Shown here: one piece after another, positions 24,311 to 36,470 of the stretch
Layout of the letters: each line of letters begins with the position of its first letter
How positions within the stretch are numbered: the stretch's first letter is position 1
Assembly (NCBI RefSeq): GCF_963921235.1
Contig: NC_086097.1
Span: 151,840,001 to 151,904,000, forward strand
Direction: 5' to 3'
DNA: 64,000 nt
Source: Mobula hypostoma
Taxonomy: Eukaryota
Made by a program: the position numbers and the translations under genes
Notes under the pieces: generated by a model
Seen by the model: only the letters and a program-made list of their open reading frames with translations
Told to the model about the DNA's origin: nothing
Databases searched by the model: none

Positions 24311-27031
24311 GTATCGGAAGGAAAGGAAGGTAGGCAGAGGGGGAGGCGTGGCTTTATTAGTAAGAAATGATATTAAATCATTAGAAAGAGGTGATATAGG
24401 ATCGGAAGGTGCAGAATCTTTATGGGTTGAGCTAAGAAATAGCAGGAGTAAAAGGACCCTGATGGCAGTTATTTATAGGCCTCCAAACAGCTGCAGGGAT
24501 GTGGACTACAAATTACAACTGGAAATAGAAAAGGCTTGTCAGAAGGACAGTGTTATGATAATTGTGGGGGATTTTAACATGCGAGTGGATTGGAAAAATC
24601 AGGTCAGCACTGGATCTCAAGAGAGAGAATTTGTAGAATGTCTGCGAGATGGCTTTTTAGAACAGCTTGTTGTTGAGCCCACTAGTGGATCGGCTGTACT
24701 GGATTGGGTATTGTGTAATGAACCGGAGGTGATTGGAGAGATTGAGGTGAAGGAACCTTTAGGAGACAGTGATCATAACATGATTGAGTTCACTGTGAAA
24801 TTAGAAAAAGAGAAGCCGAAATCTGATGTGTCAGTATTTCAGTGGAGTAAAGGAAATTACAGTGGCATGAGAGAGGAACTGGCCAAAGTTGACTGGAAAG
24901 AGACGCTGGCGGGAAAGACAGCAGAGCAGCAGTGGCTGGAGTTTATGCGAGAAGTGAGGAAGGTACAAGACAGGTATATTCCAAAAAAGAAGAAATTTTC
25001 GAGTGGAAAAAGGATGCAACCGTGGTTGACAAGAGAAGTCAAAGCCAAAGTTAAAGCAAAAGAGAGGGCACACAAGGAAGCAAAAATTAGTGGGAAGAGA
25101 GAGGATTGGGAAGTTTTTAAAACCTTACAAAAGGAAATCAAGAAGGTCATTAAGAGAGAAAAGATTAACTATGAAAGGAAGCTAGCAAATAATATCGAAG
25201 AGGATACGAAAAGCTTTTTCAAGTATATAAAGAGTAAAAGACAGGTGAGAGTATATATAGGACCGATAGAAAATGATGCTGGAGAAATTGTAATGGGAGA
25301 TGAGGAGATGGCAGAGGAAATGAACAAGTATTTTGCATCAGTCTTCACTGAGGAAGACAGCAGGATACCGGACACTCAAGGGTGGCAGGGAAGAGAAGTG
25401 TGCGCAGTCACAATTACGACAGAGAAAGTACTCAGGAAGCTGAATAGGCTAAAGGTAGATAAATCTCCTGGACCAGATGGAATGCACCCTCGTGTTCTGA
25501 AGGAAGTAGCTGTGGAGATTGCGGAGGCATTAGCGATGATCTTTCAAAAGTCGATAGATGCTGGCATGTTTCCGGAGGATTGGAAGATTGCAAATGTCAC
25601 TCCGCTATTTAAGAAGGGGGCAAGGAAGCAAAAAGGAAATTATAGACCTGTTAGCTTGACATCCGTGGTTGGGAAGTTGTTGGAGTCGATTGTCAATGAT
25701 GAGGTTACAGAGTACCTGGAGGCATATAACAAGATAGGCAGAACGCAGCATGGATTCCTTAAAGGAAAATCCTGCCTGACAAACCTATTACAATTTTTTG
25801 AGGAAATTACCAGTAGGCTAGACAAGGGAGATGCAGTAGATGTTGTATATTTGGAATTTCAGAAGGCCTTTGACAAGGTGCCACACATAAGGCTACTTAA
25901 CAAGATAAGAGCCCATGGAATTACAGGAAAGTTACATACGTGGATAGAGCGTTGGCTGATTGGCAGGAAACAGAGAGTGGGAATAAAGGGATCCTATTCT
26001 GGTTGGCTGCTGGTTACCAGTGGTGTTCCGCAGGGATCGGTGTTGGGGCCGCTTCTTTTTACATTGTACATCAACGATTTAGATTATGGAATAGATGGCT
26101 TTGTGGCTAAGTTTGCTGACGATCCGAAGATAGGAGGAGGCGCCGGTAGTGCTGAGGAAATGGAGAGTCTGCAGAGAGACTTGGATAGATTGGAAGAATG
26201 GGCAGAGAAGTGGCAAATCAAGTACAATGTTGGAAAGTGTATGGTTATGCACTTTGGCAGAAAAAATAAACGGGCAGACTATTATTTAAATGGGGAAAGA
26301 ATTCAAAGTTCTGAGATGCAACGGGACTTGGGAGTCCTCATACAGGATACCATTAAAGTTAACTTCCAGGTTGAGTCAGTAGTGAAGAAGGCGAATGCAA
26401 TGTTGGCATTCATTTCTAGAGGAATAGAGTATAGGAGCAGGGATGTGATGTTGAGACCTCACTTGGAGTACTGTGGGCAGTTTTAGTCTCCGTATTTAGG
26501 AAAGGATGTGCTGACGTTGGAGAGGGTACAGAGAAGATTCACTAGAGTGATTCCGGGAATGAGAAGGTTAACATATGTGGAACATTTGTCCACTCTTGGA
26601 CTCTATTCCTTGGAGTCTAGAAGAATGAGGGGAGATCTCATAGAAACATTTCGAATGTTAAAAGGCATGGACAGAGTGGATGTGGCAAAGTTGTTTTCCA
26701 TGATGGGGGAGTCTAGTACGAAAGGGCATGATTTAAGGATTGAAGGGCACCCTTTCAGAACAGAAATGCGAAGAAATTTTTTAGTCAGAGGGTGATGAAT
26801 CTATGGAATTTGTTGCCACGGGCAGCAGTGGAGGCCAAGTCATTGGGTGTATTTAAGGCAGAGATTGATAGGTATCTGAGTAGCCAGGGCATCGAAGGTT
26901 ATGGTGAGAAGGCAGGGGAGTGGGACTAAATAGGAGAAAATGGATCAGCTCATGATAAAATGGTGGAGCACACTCGATGGGCCGAATGGCCTACTTCTGC
27001 TCCTTTGTCTTATGGTCTTATGGTCTTATGG
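24311..27031 (+). mobile_element. CR1 LINE with long ORF2 (partial APE endonuclease plus RT), 5'-truncated
   Basis: 712-aa ORF 24348-26486 with YRPP, GDFN, LD, SDH (EN) and NYRPVSLT, KAFDKV, GVPQGS, KFADD (RT); one premature TAG, then 26508-26795; (TCTTATGG)n tail. Confidence 0.97.
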
Positions 27032-27489
27032 ACATTTTTCAGAAAGTTATGTATGTAGCTTACAGTATGAAGTGACCTCTGATCTCCAGAGGGTGATGGT
27101 GTTCAATTTGCTCCTCTTGGTAGACACATAATTAAAGAATAATGCTGCCGCATCCGATTCACATTTCCCCCTAAGCTATGCAGACACATAATGTGGGATG
27201 GTGGTAGTAGATAAGACATTCAGAATATAACCAGTGCAAGTTGTGCGTTGGAGTGGAGAGTGGGGGATATGACATTCAGCATATATCGGGGAGAATGATC
27301 TATGATAGCTAGTGCAAGTTGCCCTCAAACTTTGACAGAATTGCCAGTCAATTTGCATTGCATGCAATATAATGGATTGATGATATCTGATGGCTGGAGT
27401 GGGAATCATTTTGCTGAATACATGTAGTATGACTGTGATGTCCCTGTGTGATATCTCTACAGAATCCAGGCCAGTAGGACAGGTTGTGC

Positions 27490-29105
27490 TCATGACTCAC
27501 CCCATTGACTGCGAGAAATGCAGGTATGAAGAAGGAAGCAGAGATTTTAAGACAGAATGGGAAGATGCAATTGCAGCATTCTGCTTTCCCTGCAAACACT
27601 GCTCATACACCACAGAGTGAACGGCTTGAAATATCATCATAAACAAATCACGAACCATTTCTGACTGACATTTTCTATTTGACTCAGAATTAAGGGGAAA
27701 AAAGGCAACTTTGTTCAAGCTTAGCTAAAGAGTCCCAAAAAAACCAAGGATTTCTGCAAAAAGTAAGAAAGCTAACCAAGATAGCTTTGTGATTTAATGA
27801 AATATGATTTGCACCAAAGATTCATAGTCTGGTAGAGAATTTATCATGAACGATGCTGCTGAAGCGGCTGTAATCTTATGTTCAAAAGGCAGAAGATTTT
27901 ACTACCAATACAGCAAATCACTAACTTACACCACACTACGAAGAGGGACGTTTCCAAGATTATAATGAAGCAGTCTGCAAAACGGTCTGAAGTCATTCAG
28001 TTATGCTTGTGATGAATTCACAGGATTATTGGATATTTATTTGCTATGCTTTCATGGATGGAACTGTGAAAGAAAAAATGTTGGACTTTCACAGGAAAGG
28101 AGACGGCTTGCAGTGTTGACATGAAGAGTGCGCTTGATAAAGCATTAAAATACTGATGTACCACTACTTAACCTTTTCAGCATTGGAACAACACAAATAC
28201 TTGAAATAAGAAAATGTCACCAAAACTGCCCAGGAATTTAAATGGGAAGACTGATCAATCTAAAATATATACTGAAATTGTGGAATTCAAAAATATACCT
28301 AATGATGTTCCATAATACAGTAATGCCTTAATAAAATCAATTACTGGAAATGCTCAGTTTTGTGGGAAGTTGAACAGCAGATGTTTCAATCTTGACATCT
28401 GTCATCGGAGCAGAGAAAGAGAAAACAAGTTTTGATGCCATTTAATTCTGTAACCTTCTCCTGTAAAGAGACTAAGCTTTAGCAAATCTCTATTACTTTC
28501 CTCATCTCACAAGTAAATATGTTCTCCATGATTCAAGTAGAAGATCACAAACTGAGGAAGTACAAAGATACATCACAGAATTTGCTTGACGACTTTCAGG
28601 CAGTCTTACAGCCCTGCTGCAGTAGATGCACTGCTTCCTCTTTCCGAATAATTGATGTTTGATTCCCAAAATCATGGTTACAGAAGTGGAACACATGGAG
28701 AAGCTGGCTCTAAAAATGATGCAGAAATCTCCGTTTACAATCAACTTCTGTTAACGAGATCCAGAAATAATTATTTAATACTTGCAAAGACAACATTTCA
28801 ATTGCACCATATACTCAGATAGATCTCCATTAATCTGCTATATAACTATTTGGAACTATTGATGGTTCAGCAGCTGGCTCACCACGTGCACCTTGTGGCT
28901 CTTGTGATTCTCCAGGACTTCAGTTCCCACACTCCCATCCCATCACCAGGCTTCCAGTTCTCCTGCTCTCTGCTGACTCATCATAGCTTCATTTCAATCA
29001 TCTGCTTAAAATAAACATGGTCCAATTTCCCAAATATCCTTCAAAACAAGTTTCTCTGAAAAATCCATTATAATACTCTGAGAGCCAGAAGTGTCGGCCA
29101 CCCTG
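27490..29105 (+). mobile_element. hAT-superfamily (Charlie/SPIN-like) DNA transposon fossil
   Basis: Frameshifted transposase-like pieces in colinear order: 'RYEEGSRDFKTEWEDA', 'EFIM..LLKRL', 'FSYACDEFT' (cf. FSLALDESTD, first catalytic D), 'DGTVKEKMLD', 'KYKDTSQNLLDDFQA'; possible right TIR ending ..GGCCACCCTG near 29105. Confidence 0.7.
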
Positions 29106-29751
29106 ATGCAGCCTCAACAGTCAAGGAGAAAATTCCCTTGGACAGATGTTAAAATTGGGCTGTGTTATAATTGGCCCATGTTCATGAAAGGAGCATTTAT
29201 AAAATCCCTCATCACAAACATCTTTTCTTCCATTACATTCAAGGCTGCAATTCCAGAGGAGATAATGGTTTTTCAATACTCCTCCATTAATGTTCTTCTG
29301 TTTGCTGAGACTGGCTCCTATTAAAAAGAAACTGTCCAAATTTTGAATTTATTTTATATTCTGAAGAATATAGATTTTTGTGAAACAATTTGAAAACCTC
29401 AGTAATTTCCAGCAATTGTATTTGAGTCTATGCACCAAATAGCAGGGTTGTCTCTTTCCTTTAATTGACATCCTATCGATGACTTCTCTCTGTTTTTTGA
29501 AAATATTATTGTTTTGTTTTATAAAGCGCTTATATTTCTTCTTTAAAGCCTTGACATCTATATGTTAAGTTGTAACTATGTAATTTTTTTTTCCACAAAA
29601 TTTTTTCAGCTAGTCTATTAACCAGCTCACATGGCATTGTTGCAGATTTCTTGTGAAATGCTTGATAAATGCACTGGTCTTGTAATTTATTCATATAATG
29701 CTTATTGATTTAAGTTTTAATTATTTTGTATAAGGTATCATAGTTTTCATG

Positions 29752-29912
29752 AACACAAGAGACTCTACAGATGATGGAAATCCAGAGTAACACATACAAA
29801 ATGCTGTAGGAATTCAGCTGGTCAGGCAGCGTCTTTGGAAATGAATAAGCAGTGGATATTTGAGCTGAGACTCTTCATCAGGATCCTTCACCAGTAGTTT
29901 GTACGTGTTACT
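29752..29912 (-). mobile_element. Short Penelope pLTR-derived insertion with inverted tail
   Basis: Family-B pLTR end with degenerate hammerhead (29850-29885), followed by an inverted copy of its own end; imperfect 12-bp TSD ATAGTTTTCATG (29740-29751) / ATAGGTTTCGTG (29913-29924). Confidence 0.75.
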
Positions 29913-30329
29913 ATAGGTTTCGTGTTGTAAAGGGTTACTCGGTTCACTACGCTCAACATTACGGATGACAGGAGATGGTGTCAGGGTTGAACCTATGTAA
30001 ATTACAAGTAAGACCTGGAAACAAAGTGGAACGATAATGATGTATTTTAATGAAGCTGCAGAACAGTGTCATTAGAATAATACAGATCAGAATGCAGCAA
30101 TTCAGTTCACCATGAAATGTGTTGTCACTTTGAAGGTGTTAATTAGTCTCACTCTCCTCCTCTTTTGCACCTGCCTGTGGGTTTCAGGCATTCGCTGACC
30201 AGATGCGTCTAGTGCATGCTTAGCTTTTACACAAAACAATGGCATAGAAAATTCTCTACCTCAAATTAATTTATTGTCCTGGTCTCAGATATACTGCTTC
30301 TTTAAGCTCTCTACCCATTGGTGAACCCC

Positions 30330-31605
30330 ACCTTCCAGCTACATTGGACCCTTTCAGGTTCACCTTCTGCTCAAACCAATCCACTGATGTTGCTGTAACC
30401 TCCGTCCTGTCCCATCTAGAAAATGATGCCTCATACATCAGGAGGTTGTTCATTGATATCACCTTGGCATTTAACACGATCATCCCTCATAGGTGGTGGG
30501 TAAACTGTCCTCGTTGAGACTCAACACCTCTCTCTGTAATAGGATCTTGATGGAAAGACCCCAGTCTGTCCGACCTGGCAGCAACATCTCCAGATCTATC
30601 ATGCTGAGCAGTGGTGCCCTCTTGGGCGGTGTGCTCAGCCCACTTCTGTTCATGCTGTTGACTCATGATTGCACTGCCTGATCCAGCTCAACCCACATCA
30701 TCAAGTCAATAGTTCGCCTCATCAGTAACAGTGATGTGTTGGCACACAGAGGGGAGGTAGAGAGGCTTGTCAAAGGGTGCGAAAACAACAACCAGAGTCC
30801 CAATGTGGACAAGACAAAAGAGATGAATGTGGACTTCCTTACACATCAATGGCTCTGCTGTGGATGGAGTGGAGAGCACAAAGTTTCTTTGTGTGCAGAG
30901 AACAGACGATCTAACCTGGACCCACATCTCCTCATTGGTCAACAAGTCACGGCAGCGTACATTTTCTGAGGAGATTGAGGTGTGCAGAGCTCCCTGTGCC
31001 CATTCTAACAGCTTTCTACAAGAGCGATATCGAGAGAGTCCTGTCTGGCTGCATCACTGTGCGGTACAGAAGCTGCAAGGTCCTGTAGCGGACAGTAAAA
31101 ACCACCAAGAGGATCACTGAGGTCTCCCTCTCCCTTATTTGTGACACTTACCAGGACATTTACCGGGAACGTTGTATACGAAGGGCCTGAAGCATTACTG
31201 AGGATCCCTCCCACCCATCCCACAATCTCTTTGACCCACTACTGTCAGGAAGGAAGTACAGGAGCATCCGGACTAGGATTGCCAGACTGCATGACAGTCG
31301 TAACAGACTGTGACGTTTACTCAGCTCTGTGCTGAACTGAGGCCGAGGCCGAGGCCCAGGCTTGCTCCGGCTGCTCTGGGCTTTGTGTCTATGGACTCAC
31401 TTTTTGTTCTGAGTGCTATTTGCTTACTTCTATTGTTTGCACTGTTTTTTTCTCTGCACGTTGAGTGTTTGATGGTCTTTTTTATGGGTTAGAGTCATAG
31501 AACAGGCTCTTTTGGGGTTCTTTGTTTTGTGGTTGTCAGTATGGAGACAAATCTCAAGGTTGCATAATGTATACCATACTTAATGTAGTTGAACTTTGAA
31601 CTTCA
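30330..31605 (+). mobile_element. Rex1/Babar LINE RT fragment plus 3' tail
   Basis: LDPFQ, LFID..AFNTI, LCNRIL..RPQSVR..GGVLSPLLFMLLTHDC motifs; ends GAACTTTGAACTT. Confidence 0.85.
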
Positions 31606-32704
31606 AAGAGATTCGGTTGATTACAGCCGCATATACCTGACTAGAGCCTCATTATCTCTCATTAGCCATGGTTTCCTAATTTTACCAGTCTTGCCCTTCA
31701 CTCTGACAAGAGTATATAGGCTCTGAATTTTCCCAATCACACTTTTCAAAAGTCTACCACTTGCCATATGTTCCTTTGCTTGCAGCTAACATCTCCCATT
31801 AAATCTCTGCAAGTTCCTCTTTAATGTCCTCAGAATTAGCCTTGGCCCAATTTAGGACTTCCGCTTCTAGTCCACTCCTATCTTTCTCCCTAACTAATGC
31901 AAAACAATTGGATCTGATGATAGGTCATCAATGAGTAGTGTTAACTGTTTTTCTCTTTCTACAGATATTGCCAGTTCTGCTGACTATTTCTGACATTTTG
32001 GTTTTATTTTGAGCATCTGCAGTGTTCTGTATCATACAATTCCAGCATGGCTTCTTTTTCTTCTCTCTCCTTTTCAATTTCATTCACCTCTTTCCATTTA
32101 GATTCCTCTAGAAAGACCATTTGCAGTTTACAAACTCAAACCAAGCTCAGTCAGCTGTTACAATTTCTACTTATTTCACTTGCCCTCTTTATCTTCATTA
32201 TATTGCAAATATTCCCTTTGTTCCCACCACCTCTCACCTTCCCTGCAATTTAAAATGTATTTGAATTCTAGCTTTTCTCAATTTTAATGAAAGCTTATTA
32301 AACTATAACATTAAATCAGCTTCTCCTTCCACAGATATTGCCTAACGCTGTGATATTTCTACCTTTTTCTGCTTTTACATCTTTTCTATAATTGTAATTT
32401 GCATCAAGAAGGAGCTCACCACTGCCTTTTCAAGGAAAATGGAGAATAAACAATAAATTATTGTTCTTCCATTCAAATGCATGTTTTAGATCTGATTTAC
32501 AAAGATGTAAAATGAAGTCTATTTTAATGTGTGTAGGTATGTATTTCTTTGGGAAAATAATTTGAGAAACATTCAGCATGCTCAAGATATTGTGAATTGA
32601 ACAAAAGTATATACATTTTATTATTACTAGTCTATTCTTGGCTGATTAACAAAGGGATGTTAATTGTATTTTTGCAGTATATAGCTTTGCACCGAAAAGA
32701 ACTT

Positions 32705-33020
32705 TAGGTTCTGAAGTTTGATAAGGTAGAGGTCAAGAAGAGCAAATAATGGATGCATTCTTTAAAAACAACGTCCTTTGAGGAAGGAAGACATCTCTGA
32801 TGTCCTGGAAAGCAAAGGCACATCCTGGGAACAAAGGTGATGGAGATGTAGGAACTGAGAAAATGGAATAATATTTTTACAGGAGATAGGGTGGGAAGAA
32901 GTATAGTCAGGGTAGCCATGGGAATCAGTAGATTTATAAAAGATGTTGTCGGCAGTTTGTCTCCTGAGATGGAAACAGAGAGATTGTGAAAGGGGAGAGA
33001 AGTGTCAGAAATAGATTTAG
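32705..33020 (-). mobile_element. Penelope RT C-terminal fragment
   Basis: Minus ORF 'SISDTSLPFHNLSVSISGDKL' resembles the Penelope RT LPFLD..KPT region. Confidence 0.75.
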
Positions 33021-33929
33021 TATTTGGATTCGATGTATGCATGATTTTACAATGTACCTCAGTGCTAGCAGAAAGTGTATTAAAGTGTATTAGTGTATTA
33101 AAGAAATTGAAACATCAAATGCACCCAATATTTAATCACCTCTTTCTGGTGTTCACTGTACAATTGGGAAATATACAGGATCTACTTTTTAATTACAAGA
33201 AAACTTATATAGCAGCTGTTGGACAAGCAGATCTGAGCTATCGGAAATTATTCTACTAATACTCCAGAACAATTTTAACTCATTTTTATTCAATGTTACA
33301 CATAAAAAATAATATAATTTTCAGTGAAACAAAAAGTGTAATGGGAGTACAGGAAAAAGACCCAGATAAAGCTTCAAGGGAGTTTGGGAAACAGAAGCAG
33401 ATGAGTTTCAACTGATTGCTGAAACCAGGGCCTGATCAGCTAGATGCCAAACATTCAGATTTCTGAATAGTCAGAATTTTTAGAATTCTACTGTAATTTT
33501 TCAATGTTTATGTAAGATAGAGTCATGGAGTCATACAGCAAGAAAGCAGATCCTTCAGCCTAATTGGTCCGTGCGGACCCAGATTCCCATTGAAGCTAGT
33601 CCCCTTTGCTCATATCCTTTCCTATAAACCATTCCAATCTAAGAGCCTTTTAAATGTTCTCAACCAGGTCAATTAATCACCAACCCAAATTCAGGTTAGT
33701 TTATTGTCATATATATCACCGTGTAATGAAATTCCTTGCCTCCATAGAACGTGCTGATATTCGATTTGAAATGGTAACTCTCTTCCTTTTTGCACAGATG
33801 TGACGTGACTTGCTAAGTGTTTCCAGTGTTTTCCTAAGGAAGCGCTCCTTTCTGATAGTCCATGCATTCCTTGGAAAAGAACACTACCTTGTTGTAGCTA
33901 GAATCTCTGTATGCCTTTCTCTTTTGCGT

Positions 33930-34150
33930 CAATGCCTGGAATGTGTTGCCAGGGCTAGCGATGGAGACAAATATGACAGAGGGGCTTAAGAGACTCAAAG
34001 ATAGGTACATGTATATGCAGAAAGTTGAGGGATATGGGTATTGTACAGGCAGTAAGGGTGAGTTTTATTAAGCATTTAATTACTAGCTTAATGAATTTGG
34101 CACAACATGGTGGGCTGAAGGACTGGTGCTTCTATGTTCTACGTTTTATA
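33930..34150 (+). mobile_element. CR1 3' end remnant
   Basis: 'GCCTGGAATGTGTTGCCAGGG..GATAGGTACATG..GGCACAACATGGTGGGCTGAAG'. Confidence 0.7.
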
Positions 34151-34219
34151 TTCTGACAGAGATTTTCACATTATACACACATTCTGCTCCATTGTCAGAA
34201 TGCTGGGTAAGTAATTGGT

Positions 34220-35152
34220 TAAGACCACAAGACGTAGGAGCAGAATTGGAATATTTGACCCATCGAGTCGGCTTCGCCATTCCGCCATGGTTGATTTATT
34301 TTTCCTCTCAATCTCACTGTCCTGTCTTCTCCCAGTAATCTTTGATGCCCTGACTAGTCAGGACACTGTCAAACTTTGCTTTAAATATATCCAATGACTT
34401 GGTCTCCACAGCCGTCTATGGGAATAAATTCCACAAATTCACTACTCTCTGGCTAAAGAAATTACTCTTCTTCTCTGTACTAAACAGATGACCCTCTATT
34501 TTGAAGCTGTGCCCTCTGGTCCTAGACTCAGCTACAATCAGAAAAATCCTTTCCACATGCACTCTATTCATATTTTTCGATATTTGAAATGTTCCAATAA
34601 GATGCCCCCCTCATTTTTTTAAAACAGCAGCGAGTAAAGGCCCAGAACCATTAAAACATTCCTGATATGTAAACCCTTTTGTTGCTGGAAACATTCTTGT
34701 GAACCTCCTCTAATCATTTTCCAATGTCAGCACATCTTTTGTTAGAAAAAGGGCCTAAAGCTGCTTAAAATCCTCCAAGTGTTGTCTGACCAATGTCTTA
34801 AAAAGCCTCAGCATTACACCTTTACTCTTATATTCCAGTCCTCTCAAATTGGATACTAACATTGCAATTGCCTTCCTTAACACAAACTCGACTGGAAAGT
34901 TAACATTTAGGGAATTCTGTATGAGGACTTCCAAGTCCCTTTGCACTTCTGATTTTCGCATTTTCTCCCCATTTAGAAAATAGCCTATGCCTTCACTCCT
35001 TTGGTCCCAACATCGACCCCTGCAGAACACCATTAGTTACTGGCAGCCAAGCAGAAAAGACCCCCTTTATTCTCGCTTTTTGCCTCTTGCCAGCCAGCCA
35101 ATCTTCTAGTACCTTTCCTGAAATATCATGGGCTCTTATCTTGGTATGCAGC
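34220..35152 (-). mobile_element. CR1 3' part (RT end plus 3' UTR); likely the 3' half of the element continuing at 40576
   Basis: Minus ORF 34755-35033 'YFLNGEK..QRDLEVLI..GLEYKSK..LVRQHLE'. Confidence 0.88.
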
Positions 35153-35162
35153 TAATATGTTT

Positions 35163-36345
35163 ACATGAGGAAATCTGCAGATGCTGGAATTTCAAGCAAC
35201 ACACATAAAAGTTGCTGGTGAACACAGCAGGCCAGGCAGCATCTGTAGGAAGAGGTACAGTCAACGTTTCAGGCCGAGACCCTTCGTCAGGACTAACTGA
35301 AAGAAGAGATAGTAAGAGATTTAAAAGTGGGAGGAGGAGGGGGAGATCCAGGAGAAGACAGGAGGGGGAGGGATGGAGCTAAGAGCTGGAAAGTTGATTG
35401 GCAAAAGGGATATGAGAGGATCATGGGATGGGAGGCCTAGGGAGAAAGAAAAGGGGAGGGGGGGAAGCCCAGAGGATGGGCAAGGAGTATAGTGAGAGGG
35501 ACAGAGGGAGAAAAAGGAGAGAGAGAGAAAAAAATTAATAATAATAAATAAATGAATAAATAAATAAATAGCAATGGGGTACGAAGGGGAGGTGGGGTGT
35601 TAACAGAAGTTAGAGAAGTCAATGTTCATGCCATCAGGTTGGAGGCTACCCAGATGGAATATAAGGTGTTGTTCCTCCAACCTGAGTGTGGCTTCACCTT
35701 GACAGTAGCGGAGGCCGTGGATAGACATATCAGAATGGGAGTGGGACGTGGAATTAAAATGTGTGGCTTCTGGGAGATCTTGCTTTCTCTGACGGACAGA
35801 GCATAGGTGTTCAGTGAAACGGTCTCCCAGCCTGCATCTGGTCTTGCCAATATATAGAAGGTTGCATTGGGAGCTCTGGACGCAGTATAAAACCCCAGCC
35901 GACTCACAGGTGAAGTGTCGCCTCACCTGGAAGGACTGTCTGGGGCCCTGAATGGTGGTGAGGGAGCAAGTGTAAGGGCACTTGCAATACTTGTTCTGCT
36001 TACAAGCAAAGTTGCCGGCAGGGAGATCGGTGGGAAGGGATGGGGGTGGGGGGTACGAATGGACAAGGGAGTCGCGTAGGGAGTGATCCCTGTGGAAAGT
36101 GAGGCGGGGGGAGGGAACAATGTGCTTAGTGGTTGGTTCCCATTGGAGGTGGCGGAAGTTACGGAGAATCATATGTTTGTCCTGGAGGCTGGTGGGGTGG
36201 TAGGTGAGGACAAGGGGAACCCTATCCCTAGTGGGGTGGCGGGAGGAGGGGGTGAGAGCAGGTGTGCGTGAAATGAGAGAGATGTGTTTGGGAGCAGAGT
36301 TGATGGTGGAGGAAGGGAAGCCCCTTTCTTTAAAAAAGGAGGACC
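35163..36345 (-). mobile_element. Penelope element 3' part: GIY-YIG endonuclease ORF plus pLTR, family B
   Basis: 253-aa ORF 35600-36361: RVPLVLTYHP, FTCESAGVLYC..C.LLYIGKT..LGDRFTEH (GIY-YIG), GSLQPDGMN; pLTR with hammerhead. Confidence 0.95.
35259..35294 (-). ncRNA. Minimal type-I hammerhead ribozyme motif
   Basis: Reverse complement AGUC-CUGACGA-AGG-gucucgg-CCU-GAAAC-GUU-GACU: 4-bp stem I, intact cores, loopless palindromic stem III (AACGUU), predicted cut after GUU (between 35263 and 35262). Confidence 0.78.
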
Positions 36346-36456
36346 TTCCAATCCTGTGCATGTGAACGTCTTCATTGTTTCAAGCAGAACCATTTGGCTG
36401 CACTGCAAATGATAAACATTCTGTTCCAACCTCTGCATTTTTCCTTAATTATAACA

Positions 36457-36470
36457 GCGGCGATGAGGAT
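36457..36470 (+). promoter_or_regulatory. Primer-binding site, tRNA-Ser(GCU)-like (degenerate)
   Basis: GCGGCGATGAGGAT directly after the LTR end; compare TGGCGACGAGGAT, complementary to the recalled tRNA-Ser(GCU) 3' end. Confidence 0.65.

Noticed and set aside
24348..26486. 712-aa ORF as a host or domesticated gene
   Set aside because: Ordinary 5'-truncated CR1 ORF2 with premature stop, internal deletion and intact 3' tail.
31910..33830. Further hammerhead-like remnants (about 31912, 32280, 33755; also 42780-42815)
   Set aside because: Belong to older pLTR-like repeats, but core nucleotides and stems are too decayed to call as ribozymes.
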